DNA from: Paraspadella gotoi
Taxonomy: Eukaryota > Animalia > Chaetognatha
Direction: 5' to 3'
DNA length: 64,000 nucleotides
NCBI GenBank assembly: GCA_051294375.1
Contig: CM119268.1
Location: 2,005,486-2,069,485 of the forward strand
This document shows positions 46,252-56,188 of the stretch, in pieces. The notes under the pieces are model-generated. The model was given only the letters and a program-made list of their open reading frames with translations. It had not been told where the DNA came from and did no database searches. Position 1 is the stretch's first letter; every line of letters begins with the position of its first letter. The translations under genes were made by a program, and so were the position numbers.

Positions 46252-49200
46252 TTAACACAATCCGTTGGCGTATTCGTCGTCGTCGTCGTCGTCCCCGCCT
46301 TCGACCCCGCTTTCGATCATGGCGTAACGTTGTCGTCGTTCTTCAGCGAGTGACACTCCGCCCGCGCCGCAGCCCATTTCTGGGACGGTCAGGTTTCGCG
46401 CCAGTTTCGCGTACTCGTTGTCCAAATACTTGAAAGTCTGTCCGTTCAAAATGCGTTTGGCGGATTCTTGATCTCCTTGATCGTAAGCCTAACAATGCAA
46501 GACGACGGTAAAAATAAGATAGTTTAACTTTGAAAAATCTAACAAATACTTTTTAATAAAATAAAGACCTCTAAAAGTTGTTCCGAGAGAACGGCTTCTT
46601 GCGAATCGCCAAAACCAGGATAAGTGGATAATCCATTGCGACATTCTCTCTCCGCCGTTACGTAGTCACCCAAAGTCAAATAGATGAGAAGACGCACGCA
46701 CACCAATTTGTGGACATAGGTTATTCCATCAATCTAGTAAGAAAAAAAAATTTAATTTACTGATTTAGAAATTTTTCAGTAACGTACAAATAAAATCAAG
46801 TCGCATGCATTTCTCACAACTTGATATGACTGACCAAAAATGGACAAAAACTGTTAAAGAGCGAACGCTGATAATAAACTCAAGTTGCTTTCTTACCCAA
46901 TAACTAGAGCGTAACAAAGAGTTACATAATCTAAGCGGAAATGCGACCAAAAAAGAAGGCGGGGAAAAAACACCTATTATCCAGTCAAGCATAAGTTGTA
47001 AATTTTCGGCTTTTAATCTCCAGTGGCGCTAACCGTCGTTAACCTCACCAATCGCATCCAGGAGGAAAAATTGAGAGGACCCAAGAGGATAAACACTAAG
47101 TCACTAATGCATAAAGAGAAGGCGTGAGGGCCCGGTCGAACCCGACGAAAATTTCCTTCCAACAAAATAAAATATGTAATTTACTGCTTCCTATTATCAA
47201 CATGAGGGAAAAAAGAAAAAAAACGTAGTAGTAAATTGACGTTTGAATTTTAGAGCAAACCCAGGAAATATATCCAAAGGCAAAGAGCGCATGAACGACA
47301 TTCACCTTTGCGACAACAAATGAACATTCTTGAAGCATAAGAACCTGAGAAATTACAAGAGAAAAAAAAAATTGTTCAAGAAAAAACTGCGTCAACACTT
47401 TGGCTAGGCAAAGTAGACATGTATGATCAAAAGGATGTTGGACATCAAAGACGTCTGGATGGTGGACCAAAATCCACCAACCGTTCATCAGCGGCCATTG
47501 GTACAGGAGGCAAGTCATTCGCCTCCCAACCCAAAAGTCCGGGGTTCTAGCCCGGTGGCGCTTAATCTCCCTGTAACACGGAGTTACAGCCTGATCCGAA
47601 GCTCAGGGACGAACTCACTAACTGATAAAATTATTTCTGTCTTTTCAATCTGCATACATGCCATACATGATGTTAAATCTAAAAGCAAAAGATAGCTAAA
47701 ATGTGGCAGTAAATAACAATGTCCGTCATTGACAATTTGACATACTTACAGCAAGATGGGCTTTAATTTCTCTGTTGATGACCCTGAGCGCTTCTTCTAG
47801 TTGCTGCAAACGGACGAGAAGACGCGCTGCTTTTCCGAAATATTCAATTGCTTGTCTGTTTCGATCCTCGTTGTCGACAACGTCGGCAGCCTAGTTAGTA
47901 GATGAGACCAAAATAATAATCAGTTATAAGACTCCCATGAATCTTAGACACGATATTACATACAGGCTTACTATGTTCAGTTGTTTAGAAGTCAATAATT
48001 TTAGCTTCTCCATTACCACTATGGTGGACTAAAATCCACCAACCGTTCATCAGCGGCCATTGGTGCCGGAGGCAAGTCATTCGCCTCCCAACCCAAAGGT
48101 CCGGGGTTCTAGCCCGGTGGTCGTCTGGCAGTTAAGAGGGACGGGGCGCTTAACCCGCCTGTAACATGGTGTTACAGCCTGATCCGAAGCTCAGGGACTG
48201 CTTATATTGAACGGTTCTGTCATTAACACTTATCAATAATTACTGTCTCTTCATTGGTGAGCCCGACTTCCGAACACAACAGCAACAACAACACTTTCAG
48301 GCGACATGCCTCAACCTGGCGATGCACTTTCCGCCCACAACACATCAGGCGACATGCCTCAACTTGGTGACGAACTTTCCACCAACAACAACAATTCACT
48401 TATCAATAATTACTGTCTCTTCACCACCATAATTATTATTTAGTTCAAATGTCGAGATAAAAATATTATGAAATAAAAATTAAGAACAGCAACCAAACGC
48501 ATTGGATTTTTTATATTATTGTCATTTAATTCGTCCGTTTTATAATGTAGTTTATATTAGCAATATTTCCAATGTACCTGTAAGTAAAGTTCAACAGCTC
48601 TGTTAGGCGTGTAAACTTCAACGGTTTTAGCAATTTTGTCTAGAGTGTGAACGGCAGTGTCTGGTACGCCGCTTTCCCGAAAAAGTTGTGATGCTTCTTG
48701 GCCAAGATCTGAAAATAAATTGAAGTCAAATAACATTTCACTCTCAGTCCTCATTCCTTAATCGACGCGATGGACGATGATCATTATTATACGCGATGAT
48801 AATCAGGACCCACCGGCTGTCTTATCATAGTCTTTAAGATCTCTACAAACAAGAGCAGCATTTTCCAAAGATTTTCCAGCGTGAAATCGATCTCCAGTCT
48901 TTTTGTGACATTCAGCAGCTTTAATGTGGCACTCCTTGGCTTTTTCTAAGGATTTGGCGTTTTTGAAACAAGTAGCAGCTTTGCTAAAAAAAATAAAAAA
49001 AATTCCACAACATTGAATCAATGTATCCATCGAGCAAAAATTTACAATAGCAAAGGAAAGCCTAACATTAGAAAACTTATTTCGTTTTAGATAAAATAGA
49101 TCAAAAATAGATCAAAAAGATTATGAGAAGTACAGTTTGAAAAGAGGTAATTTTTTTTGTACCTGTACGCAGAGGCAGCGCTATCGTGATCAGGTTTCCA

Positions 49201-49278
49201 CTTCATTAAAGACGTCTTCATATGCTGTTCAGCTTCTGCCAAATGGGCCTGCCCTTCTTTCAACCGTTTTTCTGCCAT
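46252..49278 (-). CDS. NAPG: Gamma-soluble NSF attachment protein (gamma-SNAP), multi-exon
   Basis: MAEKRLKEGQAHLAEAEQHMKTSLMKWKPDHDSAASAY, KAATCFKNAK, FHAGKSLENAALVCRDL, ESGVPDTAVHTLDKIAK, FKYLDNEYAKLARNL and the acidic C-terminus DDDDDEYANGLC*. Confidence 0.92.
47459..47610. mobile_element. tRNA-containing short interspersed repeat, copy 1 (internally deleted)
   Basis: Near-identical to 48021-48198 and lacks about 25 nt after the tRNA-like part. It lies in a gamma-SNAP intron. Confidence 0.7.
48021..48198. mobile_element. tRNA-containing short interspersed repeat, copy 2 (SINE-like; tRNA-Gly(CCC)-like core at 48053-48124 on +)
   Basis: Acceptor-like stem GCGGCCA/TGGTCGT, TCGCCTCCCA as in the tRNA-Gly anticodon arm, and a B-box-like GGTTCTAGCCC. 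Hairpins flank the core on both sides. Confidence 0.7.
48227..48423. mobile_element. 143-bp insertion between perfect 27-bp direct repeats
   Basis: CACTTATCAATAATTACTGTCTCTTCA occurs at 48227-48253 and 48397-48423. The insert holds two copies of TCAGGCGACATGCCTCAACYTGGYGA and ends in (CAA)n. Confidence 0.65.
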
Positions 49279-49741
49279 TCTTATGATTACCTAGAAAAAA
49301 CAGGTACTCTATACTCCTGAATGATTCGTCTTATTAATTTTGTTAACACAAGTTAAATTCATTCTAAAATAAAATATTTATTTAAAAATCTCATGCAAAC
49401 ATAGCAGTCAGGGCTGACAAATTTATAGCAAATCTTCTGTTGTAAATTAGGTTTCCGAGCCTCTAGTCGAGTGAAATCAGATTTCTCTACACTTATAAAA
49501 CGCATTTTATATTTGAATCAAGGGCTATTTTTGTAATTATCAAATGTATGTAAAACCCTACGGATAATACTAAAAAATTTGGCTAAGGAAAAGAGAAAAG
49601 GGTCTCAGAATCCATGAAATTTATGACGTTCACATAACAGTGATTTATCACAGAGCGTGTCCCAAAAAGAAAACGGAGCGCAGACAAATCAGTGTGATGA
49701 AAATGAGAAACCTGAGCAAGAACGCAAGATGAGAAACGTCA

Positions 49742-50470
49742 GTTCGGGTATTTCCTTCCTCTCACGGGCGAAAAAGGCGATCCGCACGGGAAAGTCTTTG
49801 TATGATTATTAGTATTCCTGAACGATCCGCGGCGCCGTCCCGATCCCACACGGAGATATGTGAGAAGCCTAAGAGGAAGCCAGTAATTGATTCCACATAT
49901 CCTGGGTCGTGGCGCTGCATCTATGAGCCTTGAGCTCTGTAAGAAGTCACGAAGCTCGGACCAGAAAGTATCGTCGAGAGGAAGAGGAGCGCTTTCTTCA
50001 CCGCGTATCCCTCGACCCGTTATCGGGAGAGGGAGAGGGAGATGGAGAGACAGAGACGAGACCCCTGGTAAGTGGGAGAGGGTGAGATAGAGACTGAGTG
50101 AAAGAGAGAGAGAGAAAGTGATCCGCCCCGACCCACCAATCTCCTTCCCCCCTTCCTCTACGGCATCTTGGGAGGGTCGGTCTCGAGCATATCCTCGAGG
50201 CAGCACCTGACCAGAGTCTATTCAACGCCGCGTCGACGGGAAGCGGCGCCGCTGACGGGTAAGCGGAAAATTAAATGGAACGCGTAGATATCCTCCGCGG
50301 CCCGGTTCTTACTCAATTCTCTACGAGTTCCGGGCCCTCAACAAAATTTCGTCGTCGAGATTCCGTCTTATCTTTCCTTTCTTAATCGAGACCATAACGC
50401 GACTCAGCCTCGGGCCCGACACTGATGCGGTTACAACCATCGACTCTGACGAGTGAATATGGTAAATAAA
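49742..50470 (+). ncRNA. Candidate structured non-coding RNA or structured leader (class unassigned)
   Basis: A series of nested stems whose G-U pairs favour the plus strand (see findings). No ORF in the region resembles a known protein. Confidence 0.35.
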
Positions 50471-50974
50471 ACGGCTCTTGGCTTTCCGCAGCGGGGCCGT
50501 CTGCGCCGCCGCCGCTGCCCCGCCGCCTCTGCCTCTGCCGCCCGACGCTGTCGCCCATTTTTTTGGAAACAAGGAAGGCGCGATTCTCTTCGCGGTTTCG
50601 AGATGGCGGTGGAAACGGACGGTTCGGGGCCAACCATAAATCCTTTTCAAATCTTTTCAAAAATGCCCCGGACAATTTTAGACATTTTTTAGATCATTCC
50701 GAGTCATCGTTGCGACGAAAATCGTCATTGTCAATGTTTTACTTGCATTTTATTCCTTATATTTTTATGTAACTACGTTATGCTGCGCTCAGAATTGTTT
50801 TTCCGTTGTCGATTCTGGGACCGGAACCGATGTTTTGTTTCTTTTGTTTGTTTACCATGTTTGTTTACGTTTGGAGCGGGACCAAATCCTCAATATTTGA
50901 TTTTTTTTTATATTTTGTATTTATATATATACACTTTACATTTCTTCAGTCGCTAATTATTGACGCCGAACAAC

Positions 50975-53198
50975 ATGGCATTGTCTCGAAAAGAAGCGGA
51001 AGAGCTCAAACCGTGGGTCGAGTCCACCGTTTTAAAGGTTCTGGGTTTCGAGGAGGCGAGCGTGGCGCACGCAGCTCTTACGTGCATGGAAAAGGGATAC
51101 GATAAGAGGAAAACCAAAGCTTCCCTTCAGGTTTGTGTTAATTGTCTACATTTTCAGTTAAACATTCTGATTAAACATTAAACGTTCAGTTAAATATTCT
51201 GATAAAACTCAGGATCTTTTGGACGAAAGGAGCGCAGAACGTTTTTGCGAGCGTCTCTTCCTGGAACTGGACCTCCAGCGAGCGGCGCTCTCGTCGCGCG
51301 TGAAGCTGCCCAAACGAAATCGACCGGACGAGTCGGAAATTTCGGAGATGATTAAAAAGACGCGGTACGAGTCTTCCACGAATGGTAACGGCGTGGGCAG
51401 CAACAACAACGCCGTGCCCACCCCTATCGCTGCCAAAACGGCGCCGGCTGGCGCTTTACCCGCCGCAACTCTCAGAGCTCTCAACGCCGCCGCCGCTACT
51501 GTGGATCAAGTGCCCGATGTCAACGAACCCGAAACCGAAACTCCCGTGCCGTTGACACCCGAGCAGATTCAGGCTTTAATGGAGAACGCCAAAAAGATGA
51601 TAGCGTTGAAAAAGGCAGAGATGGGCGTGCCACGAGTCCCGCTACCCCCGCCGCCCGTATTCACCCCCCAACGTCCGAACCTTCCCTTACCTGCGGAAGA
51701 CCCCGATCTTCCTATTCCCGGATCCCGCAGCAAAGTCATCAACCCCGAGGAACAGGACAAACTCAAGCGCGCCGCTGAGTTGCAGGCCAAGATAAAGGCC
51801 AAGTTGCAGAGCATGACTATGGTGCCCGATCTCATGTCGGTTGAGATAAAGGCCAAGGCCGCTGCCGCCGCCAAAGCCGCCGCCGAAAAGTCGAAAAATC
51901 AGGCGCCGAAACTGATCATCGACTCAGAAGGACGAACCCTCGATGCTGAGGGCAACGAGATCACCTTAGCTCCTCGCGTCCCCGAGTTGAAAGCCAATCT
52001 TAGGGCCATTCACAAAGAGGAGATGAAGAAGGGCGTCCAGTCGGTGGTGCCTCGCGAGGTGGAGGAAAACAAATATGTCGACAACCGGATTGACGCCAAG
52101 TCCTCCGCCAGAACCAAACGCGCCTTTAAGTTCCACGACGCCGGAAAGTTTCAACAGATGGCGTCGCGACTCAGGACCAAGGCTCAACTCGAACGCCTGC
52201 AAAACCAAGTATCTCTGGCCGCCAAAAAGACGGGGATATCATCGGCGGCCCGTCTCGCCGGCCTCATGCCCAAAAAGGGCGCCATCGAAGGAGAAATTCC
52301 TCAGGTGGAATGGTGGGACTATTACATCCTGGAGGACGCCTGCTACGACTATTTGGAGGAAAAGGGCGCCGACGCCATTAACGACGGCGTCATCACGAAT
52401 TTAATCGAACATCCACTTCAGATGGAGCCGCCCGGGGATGCGGGAAAGCCCGTCCACCTCCCGATCATGTTGACGAAAAAAGAGCGAAAGAAACTTCGTC
52501 GTCAAACGCGCAACGAGGCGCTCAAGGAAAAGACGGAGAAGGTCCGTCTCGGCCTCGAGGCTCCGCCCGAGCCCAAGATGAGAATCTCCAATCTGATGAG
52601 GGTGCTCGGCACCGAAGCCGTCGCCGACCCTACTAAGATGGAGGCTCACGTCCGGGCCCAGATGGCCAAGCGTCAGCGTCTCCACGAAGAGGCCAACGCT
52701 GCCCGCAAGTTGACCCCGGAACAGCGCTCGGAAAAGAAAACGAAAAAATTGTCCGAGGACACGACGGGCGGCGTCCACGTCGCCGTCTATCGCGTCAAGC
52801 AGCTCTCCGATCCCGCCAAAAAATTCAAGGTGGAGGCGAACGCGAATCAGCTTCAGATGACGGGCGCCGTCATCATGTGCAAAGACAACAACATCGTCAT
52901 CGTCGAAGGAGGACCCAAGCAGCAGAAAAAGTTTCGTCGGCTTTTGCTCCATCGGATCAAGTGGGAAGAAGGCGGGAGGAAGGAGAAGAAGGAGCAAGAA
53001 GGAGACGAAGGCGCCGTCGTTAAGAACAGATGCTCTTTGGTCTGGGAGGGGATGGTGTTAAGGAGAAATTTCGGCGAAATGAAATTCAAGGTCTGCCCCA
53101 CGGAGAGCTTCGCGAGGGAACACTTGCGGCAGAGAAACGCGGAACATTATTGGGACATTGCGCACGCCGATTCCGTCATCGAAAATTCCGCTGAATAA
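50975..53198 (+). CDS. PRPF3: U4/U6 snRNP protein Prp3 (PWI + PRP3 domains), two coding exons
   Basis: N-terminal PWI domain (ELKPWVESTVLKVLGFEEASV), RLRTKAQLERLQ, IPQVEWWD, ITNLIEHP, LTKKERKKLRRQ, EPKMRISNLMRVLGTEAVADPTKMEAHVRAQMAKRQ, VEGGPKQQKKFRRL and EHYWDIA. Intron at 51131-51212. Confidence 0.96.
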
Positions 53199-53706
53199 AG
53201 CGAAACCAGTCACGCCCCTTGCCCAACGCCCGCCTGTTTAAATATGTTACTGATGAAGGCCCTACATTGAGGGGCGACCTTCGAAACCGTTAATGTTCGA
53301 CGCCCTCGTACGAATCACGCTGTCCTCCCTACTTTCTTTTTAACTTTTGTGAAATAAAATTTGGCTGCAAGCTCATGAGTGCAATTAGAAAAGAGATCGA
53401 CAAATCAATTGTTTTGGAAGGATTTTAATTTTTTGAAGAATAAATAATTGGGTCAGACGAACTAATTGAATATATTTTATTTAATTGAATCCTCCAAGTA
53501 GTTTCTTTCGTCGATGGCATCGAAGATTGCTTCGTATTTACATGTCATTGTTAATTTATTTTTGGTTGGTTAAGAGTAAAAATTATTCAAATAGTGTCAT
53601 CGTTGGCGTTGTGCTGATTCGGAGTTCGCGCTTTTTCAAAAACCCTCGGCGTTACATAGTTTTCTTTTCTACAGATGTTTTCCCTACAGTTATTCTAACA
53701 AATGAC

Positions 53707-56104
53707 ATGAAGCGCCTCTTCAACGTGACCTCACCCCGCGGCGGCGCCGGCGCCCCGCACGAGTGGGTCGGCAAAGAGGTGGACGTAGGACGACACCGCG
53801 TTGTCGTGGACGAGCTGGTTGCCGAGGGCGGGTTCGCTCTCGTCTTTCTCGTCCGCACGCGGGCCATCGCGGCGTCAAACGACGCTCCCCCCTATTTCTC
53901 CGACAACAACGACAACCGACTCGCGCTCAAACGCATGTACGTGAACAACGCCAACGATCTCAAGGTGTGCCAACGGGAAATCCGCGTATTGCGGCTGCTC
54001 AAAGGACGAAACCCTTGCGTGATCGAGTACGCGGACTCAGCGGTGAAGCCCGTTCGCGAGGGCGTCTACGAGGTGCTCATTCTGACGCGCTTTTACGCCG
54101 GAGGTCCTCTGCTCAATTTGATGAACTCGAGACACGATGTTGGGAGGAAGCTGTCGAAAGAGGAAGGTGGGTAATTAACAGCTGATTTTTTTGATAATAA
54201 ATCTGTAGTGCACTTCCGTCGCCTTTTTTTTTCTCAGTTTTATCGATCTTTTGCGACGTTTGCGAGGCAGTGGCCACGCTCCACCACTCGGACCCTCCGC
54301 TCATCCACCGCGATTTGAAGGTGGAGAACATCCTTGTCGACGATCGTCGCCGACGTCACGTCCTTTGCGATTTCGGGTCATGCCTACCCGTCGCCGAGTT
54401 CGCCGCCCAATCTCTAGCGGTGATGGAAGAGGAAGTAAAGCGTTACACGACGGCCTCTTACCGCGCCCCGGAACTTGTCGCTCGTTTTGGCGACGCGGCG
54501 CCCATCACGTGCAAGGCCGACGTCTGGTCGCTCGGTGTTTTGCTCTATAAGTTGTGTTACTTTTCGTTGCCCTTTGGCGAGAGCGCTGTCGCCATTGAGA
54601 ACGCCAAGCTGACCTTTCCCGAAAGCCCCAACTTTGGCGAGCCACTGCTAGCGCTGATCCGCTACCTGCTTACTAAGGACGTCAATTCACGTCCGGACAT
54701 CTACCAAGTTTCCTACGTCGCTTCTCGTCTGGCGGGAAAAGCCAATCCCGTCGTCAACGTAAACCGCGTCCCAACACCCGACATCAACGCCATCTTGAAG
54801 GCCCATCGCGCCGCCTCGACCGCGACTAGGGACGCTCGAGGAAACGAGTCGCAGAAGGCTCTACAGCGTCCAGTTGCCGCCGTAATCGAAAGCACGACTG
54901 TGAAGCCGAGGGAGCGGCCCAAAGGGTCAGGGATCGGCAACGCGAACAATCTTCATATCTTTGCCGGAAATACTCAAAAGATTGACTCCGTGGTTGAGAG
55001 ATCGCAAGCTCTATCGGGACGCGGCCCGACGACGACGACGACGAACGGTCAGTTTTAATTTTATTTCTTTTAGGACCCTTTTTGATATAAGAATTCTTTC
55101 TTTCAGAAAATGATCTTATACAAACGGCGAATATTCCTTCACAAATGAGTTCGGCCGACGTTGGACAATCGTTTAATTCGACCTCCTCCGCTTTTAAAGT
55201 TTCTGCGCCTCCAGTGGAAACAACGGTAACGTGCTCCGTTCCCGATGCGGACGACTTGATCACCCTCGAAGACGCGACCTCTCGATTGGAAGACCTCAAT
55301 TTCGATCCGCTCATCTCAACCACGAAACCGCACCACACCAAATCCAAATCTCACGAGAGCATTTTGCCTCCGACGCTGACTTCTCAGCCCAATTTCTTTC
55401 CTCCGTTTCAGCAGCCGCAGCAGCGCGCTTCTCAACCTCCCGGCGCGGGCCTTGGCTTCTCCGCTGCCGCTCCTGGCGCCCGACTTGATTCCCAAGCATT
55501 CCCGACTTTCGTTCCTCATCTCGACCCACGTCTTCGCTTCCCTCCGTCGAATCTGCAGCAAATGCGCCACCTCGACTCACCGGCTCGATCTCATCGTCGG
55601 AACGTCAGCGACAGTTCCGCCATGTTCGCGCCGTCGCGATTGGGAAACCCGATGGCGCCGGCTTCTTGGCGCCAGTCGACCTTAGTTCCCGACTCGAAAA
55701 GCGCCGTCGGGATTCTTCCCGGCGTTCCTTCCGTTCAAAGCATGTCCAGCCTTTCTAAAATTAGACCCTCTCCGTCGGGGTCTCGCGCTTCGACGACCGG
55801 TTCCAATCCCAACTTTTCTCCGTCGCCGGAGTCGGCCCCGTCCTCCTCGTCCTCGAGCCAAATCAAAACGGACTTGTTCGACCAGTTGCCGACTTCGTTC
55901 GGGAATAGCCTCGACTTTGCTGCACTGGAGTCGACCAAACCGGCGACGCCGCAGGTGCTGCATCACCCGTCGCAGCCGCAACACGGCAGATCGAGCTCGT
56001 ACCCGTGGGTTGACTTCGAGAACCCCTTTGGTGACGCGCAAAACTTTGGGGATTGGCGAGAAGAAGATTTTTTCGGGAAAGAGTTCGACAAAATTCGTAA
56101 TTAG
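53707..56104 (+). CDS. Numb-associated kinase family Ser/Thr kinase (AAK1/BMP2K-like), three exons
   Basis: VAEGGFALVFLV, ALKRMYVNN, PPLIHRDLKVENIL, LCDFGS, YTTASYRAPE, KADVWSLGVLLYKLCYFSLPFGES and RPDIYQVSY. The tail carries HRRNVSD, a clathrin-box-like LITLE, WVDF and NPF. Confidence 0.92.
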
Positions 56105-56117
56105 AAAAGGACGTTGC

Positions 56118-56188
56118 TTGGCTAAATCACTGGGGTTAGGGATGAAATATTTGGCTAAATCACTGGGGTTAGGGATGAAATATTTGGC
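56118..56188. repeat. 33-bp tandem duplication just downstream of the kinase stop codon
   Basis: TTGGCTAAATCACTGGGGTTAGGGATGAAATAT x2 plus a partial third copy. Confidence 0.9.

Noticed and set aside
48040-48100. Type II hammerhead on the minus strand of the tRNA-like repeat (CUGAUGA, stem I, UC and stem III in register)
   Set aside because: The essential GAAA is GGGA, stem II does not form, and stem I is broken in the other copy.
48053-48124. Functional tRNA-Gly gene
   Set aside because: The D-arm and anticodon stem pair poorly, no oligo-T terminator follows, and the sequence is embedded in a larger repeated unit.
49500-50470. Telomerase RNA identity for the structured region
   Set aside because: No 1.5-repeat template such as CTAACCCTAA or TAACCTAA was found, and no clear H/ACA 3' domain.
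49739-50675. Protein-coding gene between gamma-SNAP and PRPF3
   Set aside because: The overlapping ORFs on both strands show no recognisable homology, and one crosses a GA-rich tract. They are expected by chance in GC-rich DNA.
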